The position numbers and the translations under genes were made by a program. A stretch of 64,000 nucleotides of DNA. It comes from Balanoglossus misakiensis. Taxonomy: Eukaryota > Animalia > Hemichordata. The DNA is taken from NCBI GenBank assembly GCA_040954595.2, contig CM082585.2, positions 2,572,902 to 2,636,901 on the forward strand, in the 5' to 3' direction. Shown piece after piece: positions 43,295-55,406 of the stretch; the stretch's first letter is position 1, and every line of letters starts with the position of its first letter. The notes beneath the pieces were generated by a model, which was not told the origin of the DNA, ran no database searches, and saw nothing but the letters and a program-made list of their open reading frames with translations.

Positions 43295-44352
43295 CTGAAA
43301 CTAAACTTTGAGTCTCTTTGTGGATTTGTAGAAATGATTTACAAACTGAGCTGTCAGGTCATGGCTGTTTGTGCTTTGGCATGTACACATATCCCAGAAT
43401 GCCCTACAGGGTTGGCAGTGAAATTGATAAACTCTTCACCTAAGATTTCAAACTCGTAGATCTAAATAGATTCTCACACTCCTGGCATGCTGAGAGTGTG
43501 GGATCAGAGTGTGAGAACAAATCAATCCCACATTCTCACTGAATCGAAAGCTGTTTATGGCGCGATCGCTGATTGGATGACAAAGCGTTCTTTAATAACG
43601 TGTGTTAAATGTTATCCTATGACGCGATACAAGAGTCATTTATTCAATGTTTTCAGATGAATTTGGCTAATTTGTGGCCGTATGAGAAATATAATCTCAT
43701 ACATCAAGGACCTGGGATCATATTTCTCACACTCGTCATTGATATTTTGTCCCACATTCGCCTGCAGCTTGTTTGGGACAGAAAATCCTCAACACATGTG
43801 AGAAATATGATCCTAAGTCCTTGGGAGTGTGAGATTCCATAAATCTCACAACCTTAGGACCTGGGATAAGATTTCTCAGACGAGTTGGGGATATTTTTGC
43901 TCGTGTTAGACAAAATATCGCTGCTGAGTGTACAACATCGCGTTAAGGACACAATGGTCCCATTCAGGGATAACACAATAAAAAAGTCTACACCGGAGTA
44001 CATATACAGACAGACAGACACACACACATAGAGAAATCAACAGGCAAACACTGACTAAGCCATAAGCTGCCAATGGCATGTGTACTGTACACACAGCAAA
44101 AAGAACAGCTGGTCTCTTTAACAGTTAGCCAGTTATGTAAACATGCAGTTACCAATCACTGTTATTATTGACAAATTGCATCCAAGTCCAGACCCAGGCT
44201 TGAATACAATGTTTAAACAATAACAACATTGCTTACCTAGCTTCACCGAGCTGAACAAGAAATGATGGGTGACACCCAGAATAATATTGAATACAAATTC
44301 AAAAGTTACAGATACAGGACCTTTCGTTGCCCACATATTGTGCTGGTCTTAC

Positions 44353-44469
44353 CTGTACACTCTCCATTGACCAATCAATATCCCACAACACAAGTGCAAT
44401 AAAAAGAGCCTGCTGTATTCACACACTGGCCTTCACAAAGATCTGCTCTCTCCATACATTCATTGACAT
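44353..44469 (-). pseudogene. cbEGF exon type B with in-frame TGA
   Basis: 117 bp, phase 1-1; DVNECMERADLCEGQCVNTAGSFYCTCVVGY*LVNGECT. Confidence 0.85.
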
Positions 44470-44860
44470 CTGAAATCAAAGATAGTTTATTATTTTTAAT
44501 TTTATTATTATTTATTTCCTGACAAACATAATACACATACATCTCAGCGCATTTTCTACAGAAAATAATAAAATTAGAAAACAAGTGAAAGCTTAAAGGA
44601 TAATAAATTACACTTAAAAACACGAAACAAACCAAAGAGTTCTGAAAGACAGTCCCTATTAACCAAAAAAGCAATGGAATGAAATAGAAAGTACTGAATA
44701 AAAAGACGAGTCTTTAAACCCCTTTGAAAACTGTCAATAGATCCAGCATTGCAGATAGAAGGTGCACAAACACTGAATCCTCTTTAGCCATATGCCTTGT
44801 TAAGTTTTGAAATGATCATTCATGGTGATGAGTTATCAAGAATATACCCATTAAAAATTA

Positions 44861-45412
44861 GGGTAAGCCTAATTCAAGATTCACGTTTCAAGTTTCACGT
44901 TTCACGTTCCACAGCCCAAGATTCATATTCTGATTCAGATTCGAGTCTTGTCACATCCTTTCGCCATCTACATTGCTTTCACTTGATTCAGAATATAGGA
45001 ATTAGTCCTTTGCTTAAGTTATCGGTTGTAAAATATACCTAAACCTATCAATTATATCAGAATTACGCTTAAAAGTATCTGTGAATACCAAGATTTCCGG
45101 CCATGGTGCGATCTCAGGCCTAGGGTCATTCATGTGTTAGAAAATAATAAATAGGGTGCATCTCTCTTTGAAAAATGTTGTTGAAACTGAACTTGACGAG
45201 ATACCCGACAATGACGTCACGCGATAATCGAACAGAATATTTGGGGAACCTTGCTTGGGCGGGGATCGAGGACAATAAACAATCGTTCACACCCCTGGTT
45301 ACGGCAGCATAAACATATTAGACAAGACTGGAATCTGAATCAGAATATGAATCTTGGGCTGTGGAACATGAAACGTGAATCTTGAAACGTGAATCTTGAA
45401 TTAGGCTTACCC
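44861..45412. mobile_element. Mutator-like (MULE) MITE, uninterrupted copy
   Basis: 92 bp TIRs starting GGGTAAGCCTAATTCAAG; 9 bp TSD TAAAAATTA (44852-44860, 45413-45421). Confidence 0.9.
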
Positions 45413-46080
45413 TAAAAATTATTGTACCCCTCGGAGAAGCATTTTTAATGTCTTTAAAATGAGATGAAAACTATATGAATTTTCTAAGTGAATATTTATT
45501 CTTTGCTGTGGTAATTTATTTAGCTATAGGTCAATAAATTATGTTAATTTGATTGAGTTATGCATATAAGTAGTGAAAATACATTGTACTTGTGCATAAA
45601 TATATCAGACAGTCTTATAGTATAGTGTGAGGTTGATCACACATATACTTAACCACATATTTCTTGATCAATTAATTGTTTTTACGTCAAAGTCCTCAAT
45701 ATCCATGGCAATCTCAGAATCTAGGAATTTTAACACTCTCTATCATTCTCATTTTAACAAAATCCCCTGAAACTCGTGTACCCTGTCAGCAAAACTTTGT
45801 CTGATTTTTAAAACAACAGATTAATTTTTCACCCTTGCAAACAAATTTTCAAAGATAAGTTTTCACATTTGTTAATTTGTTTATATTATGCATAATTATA
45901 AATGGAAAAATTCTGAGATACAATTTCAACAAACATGTGTTCAGTACGAGTGTGCGGTTGATTTCAAATTTTAAAATGTGTGCAATGGACAGACAGGATG
46001 CATGTTTTATTGTAACCATAGCAATATACAATCCCCAAACAGTGTAGCCACAGAAGAGATCAATATCCACAGTTACATAC

Positions 46081-46203
46081 CTGCACATGCATGGCCATCC
46101 TCCAGCACATTGAAGCCTTGTCTGCAAGCGCAGCAATAACTACCATGGGTATTCTGACAATAGTGTTGACACGCATTTCCACAACTGTGACATTTATTCA
46201 TAT
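46081..46203 (-). CDS. cbEGF exon type A
   Basis: Same sequence and splice sites as 36283-36405. Confidence 0.75.
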
Positions 46204-47657
46204 CTGGAGGGTAAGAAGAAATTCGAAATAATTTACAAGCATTACATTATTCAAGATAAGCCTACTCTTAACTACTGGAATCTCACACCAAAGACAACTG
46301 GGCTCAGATTATAACAAGATGGGGATAATTTGTCTCAATTTGATCATTTGAGACAACATATCCCCAAACTTATGTATTGTCGATGTAACATTATAACATA
46401 GTTATATCACTATCAGGCATTTGTGTCCTACAGTCAGGGGGTTTTAGACACCTGCAGTCATTTCAATGGCGTTGGTTTGAATCCCACCAGTGCCAGAAGT
46501 GTGAGATGGTCAACTGGACTTGAACTTAATTTCTAAGTCTACGCGCTGCATGTACCAACTAAGGCCTACACAGTGGCTTCTGAATTGAAGAGACCTCGAA
46601 AACACGTGCACTCACTTTTATAGGAGTAAACAGGTGTTAAAATAACATGTAAATTTTAGAATATTTTGTTTAATAGGAATTGTATTCAAATTCTATTTCT
46701 GAGTCTTACACAGTGATGACCTTTTGTCATGCATTGATGTGATGCAACCACTCACTAATGCCACACTCTGTACAAATATACATGTTAACCTGAAAACTGA
46801 CTTCTTCCAACGGTGAAGCAAGTCAGAATTTTGAGGCTGGGAATCATCTACGTAGTGCCCAGAGTCAATACTGTCACAGTAGTCCATTTCTTTATGTACC
46901 AAATTGTAACAAAACATTGCTATGCATTCATGTTATCATGATCTATGACATTAATCAGCAATGTTCTATCGTGTTAATTTATTCCTTGTAGTGATATCAT
47001 ATGCCTTTTTCATAAAGAGGGTGCCCTTCCAAGACGCAAACATGAGGCCAGTTGGTCAAAGAGTAAAAACTTTGTCTTGTGTATCAACACTATAGTTGGG
47101 ACAGATTTTCGACAGCCACATTTTATTGTAAGGTCAGTTTTACACGCAACTTGTATCATGTATACAACAAAGTAGATGAGCTCGAGCAGTACTCTGTAAC
47201 CAACTGGCCTCCTTTTTCACATTGTCTGCTTGGAGATGACACCTTATTTTGGAAGTGTGCCCTCTTTATGAAAAATTTTATGATTGTGTTACACGTATTA
47301 CAGACAGAAAACAACACAAGTGCAGTCAAACCTGTCCATTATGGCTAGTAAAGGGACTTTCCTAAACTGGCCTTTATAGACAGGTGGCCATTATACCTGG
47401 TAGAAAAGTCAATTAATGTAGATATAAATTACACAGGGACTAGAATAAAGTGGGCACTATATAGAGGTGGCTGTTTAATAGAGGTGGCCAGTCACAGAGG
47501 TTTGACTGTATGTTGATTTGTGTCATGAATAATAGACATTTACCAATTATTGAGTGTACAATGTGTAATTTCAGTGTCACATATACATGTACATGTATTG
47601 GACACTTACATTGCACAAACACCTACATCTTACTTTCTCCCAATTGTAGATACTCAC

Positions 47658-47762
47658 CAACACATGTTTGTTGATTTCTGTGCAACTTAAATCCTGGTCT
47701 GCAACCACACTGGTAACTGGTTGGTGTGTTGTAACATGCTTGTTGGCATGGTGACCAACCAG
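47658..47762 (-). pseudogene. cbEGF exon type D, 5'-deleted
   Basis: Same 25 bp deletion as 37864-37968. Confidence 0.7.
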
Positions 47763-48187
47763 CTTGAAAACACAAATATGATACATTGTGTTTGAATGAA
47801 TACATCTGAATTACATGTACAGTTGGCTTTGAAAAAAATATACGACAAGAGAGCAAAATTGTGTGAAACTTAATAAATATCACCTGGCATATAACTTGGT
47901 CATATCATATGTTTATATGTACCAGTACTGTATACTGATAAACAAACAATGTAGTAACCACATTAGACGCTAGTGTTTTGTTAGCCAAAAATATCACACA
48001 CGAGACAACAAACTCATTTTTTTCTAAATGTGTAACTTTGGAAAGTGCCTGATAACTTTTATTTATAATTTTTTTACATGGTGACTCGCTGTAATCTTTG
48101 CCTCTTACAACTTGTGTAAGCGCCCTTTTGAGGCAGGAAATTCCAAGCCATTGTTGGCCTATCCTCTCCCCACTCAAAAAAACTTAC

Positions 48188-48310
48188 CTAAACAATTGAC
48201 ATGATCTGCACTCAGAGAGAAACCATCATCACCACAACTACAGCTGAATCCACCCTCTGCATTGAGACAACCTCCAGCACAAACAGAATCTGAACACTCA
48301 TTATTCACAT
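48188..48310 (-). CDS. cbEGF exon type C
   Basis: 123 bp; same peptide as 38396-38518 with two synonymous differences. Confidence 0.8.
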
Positions 48311-48620
48311 CTGAAAATAGAGAACAAAACATCCATTGTAATTATTCAAGACAATACCAATCCTCCCTTCCTTTAAAAATTTCCCTAATGTGAACAAATT
48401 CACATGGCTTTGAAATAAAGTATTAACAGTGATACTTCTAATATTTCTAACCGACACAACATTTCTAAACTTTGAGTCTCTTTGTGGATTTGTAGAAATG
48501 ATCTACAAACTGAGCTGTCAGGTCATAACTGTTTGTGCTTTGGCATGAACACATATCCCAGAATGCCCTACAGGGTTGGCAGTGAAATTGATAAACTCTT
48601 CACCTAAGATTTCAAACTCG

Positions 48621-49018
48621 TAATAGATTCTCACACTCCTGGCATGCTGAGAGTGTTGGATCAGAGTGTGAGAACAAATCAATCCCACATTCTCACTGAA
48701 TCGAGAGCTGTATATGATGCGATCGCTGATTGGATGACAAAGAGTTCTTTAACAACATGTGCTAAATGTTAGCCAATGACGTGATACAGAATCTACACTG
48801 TACCAGATGACAGTTCAAGAGTCATTTATTTAACGAATTTGGCTAATTTGTAGCCGTGTGAGAAATATAATCTCATACACCAAGGACACAGGATCATATT
48901 TCTCACACTCGTCATTGATATTTTGTCCCACATTCGCCTGCAGCTTGTTTGGGACAGAAAATCCTCAACACATGTGAGAAATATGATCCTACGTCCTTGG
49001 GAGTGTGAGATTCTATTA
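48621..49018. mobile_element. Third hairpin-type element (further copies at ~28370-28700, 32058-32388, 38832-39197, 43465-43840)
   Basis: Ends TAATAGATTCTCACACTCC / GGAGTGTGAGATTCTATTA; terminal palindrome ~48867-49018 centred on TTCGCCTGCAGCTTG. Confidence 0.7.
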
Positions 49019-49530
49019 GTCTCACAACCTTAGGACCTGGGATAAGATTTCTCAGACGAGTTTGGGATATTTTTGCTCGTGTTAGACAAAATATCGCTGC
49101 TGAGTGTAAAACATCGCGTTAAAGACATAGGCGGGTCCCATTCAGGGATAACACAATAAAAAAGTCTACACCGGAGTACATATACAGACAGACAGACACA
49201 CACACATAGAGAAATCAACAGGCAAACACTGACTAAGCCATAAGCTGCCAATGGCATGTGTACTGTACACACACCAAATAGAACAGCTGGTCTTTTTAAC
49301 AGTTAGCCAGTTATGTAAACATGCAGTTACCAATCACTCTTATTATTGACAAATTGCATCCATGTCCAGACCCAGGCTTGAATACAATGTTTAAACAATA
49401 ACAACATTGCTTACCTAGCTTCACCGAGCTGAACAAGAAATGATGGGTGACACCCAGAATAATATTGAATAAAAATTCAAAAGTTACAGATACAGGACCT
49501 TTCGTTGCCCACATATTGTGCTGGTCTTAC

Positions 49531-49647
49531 CTGTACACTCTCCATTGACCAATCAATATCCCACAACACAAGTGCAATAAAAAGAGCCTGCTGTATTCAC
49601 ACACTGGCCTTCACAAAGATCTGCTCTCTCCATACATTCATTGACAT
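49531..49647 (-). pseudogene. cbEGF exon type B with in-frame TGA
   Basis: Identical to 44353-44469. Confidence 0.85.
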
Positions 49648-51486
49648 CTGAAATCAAAGATAGTTTATTATTTTTAATTTTATTATTATTTATTTCCTGA
49701 CAAACATAATACACATACATCTCAGTGCATTTTCTACAGAAAATAATAAAATTAGAAAACAAGTGAAAGCTTAAAGGATAATAAATTACACTTAAAAACA
49801 CGAAACAAACCAAAGAGTTCTGAAAGACAGTCCCTATTAACCAAAAAAGCAATGGAATGAAATAGAAAGTACTGAATAAAAAGACGAGTCATTAAACCCC
49901 TTTGAAAACTGTCAATAGATCCAGCATAGCAGATAGAAGGTGCACAAACACTGAATCCTCTTTAGCCATATGCCTTGTTAAGTTTTGAAATGATCATTCA
50001 TGGTGATGAGTTATCAAGAATATACCCATTAAAAATTAGGGTAAGCCTAATTCAACATTCACGTTTCAAGTTTCACGTTTTACGTTCCACAGCCCAAGAT
50101 TCATATTCTGATTCAGATTCGAGTCTTGTCACGTCCTTTCGCCATCTACATCCCTTACCAAACCTGCTGATCTGCAGAGAGCTGCTGCAGCTCTGATTTA
50201 GAGCTGTGTCAGCTATCCACAGCTCATCTGCAGGTCTGCAATGGTTGTTCTGAGCTGTCATTTGTTGGCAGCAGACCAAATTCTCTTTCACAGCTTTTTT
50301 AGAACATTGTGTAGACAAACGGCAGCTCTACGCAGTTAACTCACAGCTCTAAAACAGCAGGGAACAATGCCTTCTGTAAATTTCAATATGATAAGACTTT
50401 CTGCAGCTCAGACAAGTGCAAAAGCCAGTACACCGCAGCTCCCGTACTGCAAAATGAAGTGTTGGTGTATGTAATATTGCATGAAGGCCTTTATCTATAT
50501 ATTAAGTATAGTAATTCATGACTTGTAAAATGTATCTTTCCAGATAATGCATTAATTGACATAGTTGATTTTTTAAATAACTTTTACATGTTAGTTGATG
50601 AAATAATCATATCCTCTGTTGAAGTTGGAAAAATTCTGAAGTTGGAAAATTTCAGAATATATTTTTTTTCTGAATAATTAACACTTCCCCAATAAAAAGC
50701 ATTTTTTTGTAATTTTGTACTGCAATATCACTCAAAATCAAGTTCTCACTCTTTCTTTAGAGATCACGATTTTAATACAAATTTTCCACAATTTATTTAT
50801 ATTTATTCACCGCAATCTACAACCCTTGCAAGTTTTACTGGCCGAAGTACAATACTTGACTTTTGACCCTGGACGCATTACCATACGTAACCAGATTGGT
50901 CCATTCATAAAACGTCATTGAACAGTCATACTTAGTGAGTCCACAGCGTAGACACGGAAGTCAATGTCGGAAAGCCATTTCGACGCAGTTTTGACAAAAT
51001 TTGTGAAAACCTTTCGCTGTTCCGACTACTTTATGCGTCAGAGATGACGTGCGGATATCAAAACACGCAAGATCATGACAAGGGAGGTCAGTCACGTACG
51101 TTCATCGAGCGCATCGGTCGACGCGGTCATCACAATGTGGCCGCCATTCTCGATGTCAGTAAACGCAGTCGCATTCAAACACATCGCGTTTTGATATGAT
51201 CCGGACGATTGTAAGTACCAAAGGTGTTTTGAACCAACACCTACTCCTGTGGTGCATCCATTGATAGCTGTTGATTTGCCCGTACTCATTACAAGAAATC
51301 TTGATCGCCATTCAAGTACGACGATGCGTGGACGTGCATCCGCGAAAATGGTTCATTCAAAATGGCGTGGACATTGCATGTACGTTGCATAATAATACCG
51401 TTCCCGTACAGAAAGGTGCAGCAGCATGCCTCGGATATCTTTATTATTGCCGTGAAACCACTGACTATATTCTGATCACAGTGACC

Positions 51487-51819
51487 ACATAACTACGGCA
51501 AACAATGTGTTGGGGGTCAACGGTCAATCTTTATTGACAACACTAATCCGCCCCAAAGGGGAGGGAAAAGAGAAGAAAAGAAAATTTTTACAAACACACA
51601 CTGGCGGGAAGGAGGGTTTCTCGGCGACAACAGCTATGAGAAGATGCTGGTCAAGTGACACAGCCTCGTACCAGGACACAGCCTCGTACCAGGACCCAGC
51701 CTCGTACCCGCATAAAATACCAATAAACAGAGTCTATTGTACACTTTATGCTAACATAACTACGGCAAACAATGTGTTGGGGGTCAACGGTCAATCTTTA
51801 TTGACAACACTAATCCGCC
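51487..51819 (-). repeat. 3' split-repeat block B1-A2-B2
   Basis: B copies are identical 66-mers containing AATAAA (minus strand). A2 (169 bp) equals A1 (151 bp) plus one extra 18-mer. Confidence 0.95.
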
Positions 51820-51885
51820 AAACCCCCAACACCGGAAAAGTTACTTTTCCACCTTTTTTTTTTTTTTGTCGTCTAGCCACACTAA

Positions 51886-52875
51886 CTACATTGACATGGC
51901 AACTGACATGGCTCTAACCATTTTTTGCTTAGTCTCGGATCTAAAGAAAATATACTTTTCGAATGCGTTTGACTTCCAATCCCCTTGTTGTTTGATCAGC
52001 AAGGGGGGAATTCCAATACTGAAGGCAAAGGATGCCCCACCCCTCCGAAATGAATGCCCTGAATACTGCTTTGGATCATAACCTGCTGCTTGCAGCACAA
52101 GGCTAAGTAATTGCACAAATTTGCCATGTGTGAGACACTGGAGGCCACAAGTTTTACCAGTCGTACAATACATGAAAAGGGGATCACCCGGTTTTGCTGA
52201 GCTTGTGTGGGACAACATAGCATGTAAAGCTGCTACTGGGCAGAGGGGGGAGCCGGGCACCCTGGGGATGTGTATCTGGAGGACCCGTTGGCCAAACTGA
52301 ATTGTTTTTGAGTGCCTGATGGTTAGTACAGCGCCTTCTGGGGTAAAACTCACATCTTCCTTACACAATGATTTCCCACGCACATGATGATCTGCAGATT
52401 TGTTGAGAAGGGTTGATTTTCTGGCAAATGTAACAAATGCAACAATACAAGTGCACCAAAAAGCAATGTTTATAGGAATGGACAGATCCAACTGGGCATG
52501 AATGGCCCTCAGAATATCAAGTGTGATAGGTAATTTCTGAGCTGGAGGGCAGCCCTTGGCCCTCTGAATACCGCGTTTAACCATATTTAAAAACCAGTTC
52601 TTGTCCATGGGGTTTGGAAGCCCCACCTCCTCATGCATAATACGAATAACATTTAGGTAACTAAGGATACTAGAAGGTTTAAGTGTTCTGGCTAAAAAGG
52701 CTGCATACCTGCAGATTGTTAGAGTGTCTGCTGGCACAGGTCTTAACTCAAAATAAAGGCAAAAACACAGGAATGTATCACGGTGAGTCTTATATGCTTT
52801 CTTTGTTGATTCGGCATAGGCTGACCGTTTGTAAGCCGTCATCTCTTGGTCCAGTAAGTCCATTTGGTCCTGCAA
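51886..52875 (-). CDS. Tyrosine recombinase of the Ngaro element
   Basis: 329 open codons; core-binding region AYAESTKKAY, catalytic motifs FARKS, HSKTIQF, CPV, YSGHSFRRGGAS, GDWKSNAFEKY. First ATG at 52863. Confidence 0.95.
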   Translation of the reverse strand: MQDQMDLLDQEMTAYKRSAYAESTKKAYKTHRDTFLCFCLYFELRPVPADTLTICRYAAFLARTLKPSSILSYLNVIRIMHEEVGLPNPMDKNWFLNMVKRGIQRAKGCPPAQKLPITLDILRAIHAQLDLSIPINIAFWCTCIVAFVTFARKSTLLNKSADHHVRGKSLCKEDVSFTPEGAVLTIRHSKTIQFGQRVLQIHIPRVPGSPLCPVAALHAMLSHTSSAKPGDPLFMYCTTGKTCGLQCLTHGKFVQLLSLVLQAAGYDPKQYSGHSFRRGGASFAFSIGIPPLLIKQQGDWKSNAFEKYIFFRSETKQKMVRAMSVAMSM

Positions 52876-52943
52876 AGGCCCTGTAAGAGCAATTGGTAAG
52901 AGTCATAGGTCATATTACCAGGGTACCAATCACCCACTTGAGT
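52839..52943 (-). CDS. Displaced C-terminus of Ngaro Pol
   Basis: Removing the LINE joins ...AMAGTF to TQVGDWYPGNMTYDSYQLLLQGLCRTKWTYWTKR* in frame, overlapping the YR start. Confidence 0.75.
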   Translation of the reverse strand, partial: TQVGDWYPGNMTYDSYQLLLQGLCRTKWTYWTKR

Positions 52944-53054
52944 AATAATAATAATGCATTTATTCAGTACTATTGGCCACCAGCCATATTGTACATATCA
53001 AAAAAGAGAATATCAAAATTTACAGTCGCTTGAGGGTTCGTTCCTCGTACAGTT

Positions 53055-55375
53055 TTACTCTTGATCATCATCCAGGAGTTTATGTCGCTGTTTAAAAGCA
53101 TAAAAGATATATCTGGCAAGATTTTGTACTGTGTATGGTTTGTTTGACTGAAGTAATAAAGTAAATTTCCACTCATGGGGTGTGTCATAGAAGAATTTTG
53201 GAATAAATCTCTCTCTAATACACTGATATACTGGGCATACCAATAAAAAATGGAACTCATCTTCTACAGAATCACAAGATTGAAATTCGACAAAGTCTTT
53301 GTTCGCGTGGAACCCCATGTTTTCTTCCCTGTTCAATATTTAAATTGTGTGATGATAATCTAAAACGAGACAAAGCATATCTATAGACTGTGTCTGAAAT
53401 ACATTCTAAATATTTCTCACATGAAAACTTATTTTTAAACATACAGTAAGTACTCAGTTTTGAACTACATCTTATTTCAGTTTGCCATTCCTGTATTGAA
53501 ATGTCTTGACATCTTTGTTTGAACAGAGGTAAAAAGAAATCTCCATTTACTGAGTCTTGGAAAGCCCATATCTCAGCAAAACCATAATTACAGAGTAAAT
53601 TTTTCACAAACAGCCCCCAGCATTTATAACCTTTTTCAGCCCTATTATATTGGTATTTATAACAGTCTGTAACTATTTTTGGTGAGGTTGGATTAACACA
53701 TTTGAACCAAAAACGTAATATTTGTATATAAATTTGTATGCGAATGGGATACCTTCCAAGTTCTCCCCGCACCGCTGAGTTTGTTGTATTTATACGTACA
53801 CCCAAAAGAAACTTACAAAATCTATGATGAATCTTTTCCACATCTACACAATCATTGGTCCCCCAAATTGCACTGCCATAAAGAAGGACTGGCAATATTT
53901 TACAATCAAAAACTCTGAAAGCAATGTCTGGTTGTATTCCGTCAACTTTACAGAGGCTACTTTGTACTAAGTGAAGAGCTTTCCTGGCTTGTTCTGAAAT
54001 ATATTTTTGAGCTTGAAACCAAATTCCAGAACTTGAAAATATTACACCCAGATAGTTATATTTAGAAACAACTTCTATCTTTTTCCCATTCAAAAACCAT
54101 TTTTCACATTTTTTCAAACTTCCAGCCTTAGGCCAAAAAAAAAAAGAGTTTTGTTTAGCGTCCTCGCGCGCGTCACTTTTAAACATGCGCGTCGAGGCTT
54201 TTTTTTTCGTAATTTTCGAACCCGGAAATCAACAGTTCAGTGTTTTCTCCAGGACGCGCGATCGCGCGATTCCCCCTATTTTACACTTGAAGCGCCCCTT
54301 GTAACAAGTTCAGGGGGCGACAATCGCCCCTTCGTGAACAGCCCACCCGGCCAGTACATGCGCGTCCAAGCCTCAATAGCAGGCACCGTCAGTCAAAACA
54401 CTGGGAAAACGGCCGATATTACTGCGTGCTGGCCTATACATTTTAACTTCCCACCCCCCAAAACTATGTAGTAGATGACTTTCACATTCATTCACTTTTA
54501 ATTTAGCTCCAGGGCTGTAGTGTGCAATTGTTGGAACAGCCTATCTGGATACCGTCTAAATTTAGAGCACACACTCTGCACTCAAGTGAACTTGTTGTTA
54601 TGGCGACTTTTGAAATTGGGTTGGCAAAACGTAACAATTTTATGCAAATTAAAGAAACTGCGTTCCTGCCATGGCGATTATCAAGAATGTATCAGTTTTC
54701 CATGACCTTGTTTTCTTACTTAGGAAGGAAAGTCATTCAATATGTACAGAGACTGTTTATTTGAGTAGTGTGCCTAGCCACAGATGGGGAAGTGTAGGCA
54801 GAAATCTGAAGAAATATATACCACTTCAATTTATTTAACTATTAATGGTTTCACAATCTAATATTTTGGCAGCTATAAAACTGAAACTTTTAAAATCAAA
54901 CAAGAATTTTTTTCTCAGGTATAGTATTAAAGAAAGACACTATTGTTTTTGCAGTTGCATTTTTTTTTATTCATTTCACTCTACTTGCCAGGGGAGCAGT
55001 TAATCAGTCACTCTCCTACCACTTGTGTAATTAATTTCAGGAGAGTTATTTTCAGCTCTCCAGCATTTTTTAAATTACATGCCCTGAAAGTTATGCAAGC
55101 TGGTGTCTTCCTCTGCAAAATCTACTAATTTAAAGTAGAAAAAACTGTAACTGTTAATATGTTGTCAAGTTCACATGTAAAGTGTTGTAATTTACTTATG
55201 CTTTTTTTAATATGGAATGAAGGCAGTTAGTAAGTTAACCTTCAAAATTGTCATTCCTTGATGTTTACCTAATTAACATAAATTATGCAAATCATGATTC
55301 CCCCCTACTTTGACCAAATCCCCCCCCCCTTAATTTTGGACTATTAAAGAAATATTTGCTGTTCTTGTTTCGCAG

Positions 55376-55406
<31 letters not shown>

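Noticed and set aside
44375-44377. TGA in EGF exon B as selenocysteine
   Set aside because: Not a cysteine position of the EGF pattern and no SECIS identified; CpG decay is more likely.
44765-45629. CAC...GTG segment absent from the 35.8 kb paralog, as a possible Transib element
   Set aside because: Inverted similarity is only about 4 bp; deletion at GTG microhomology explains it more simply.
51657-51710. Short direct repeats as a CRISPR-like array
   Set aside because: Head-to-tail 18-mers without unique spacers, in eukaryotic retroelement DNA.
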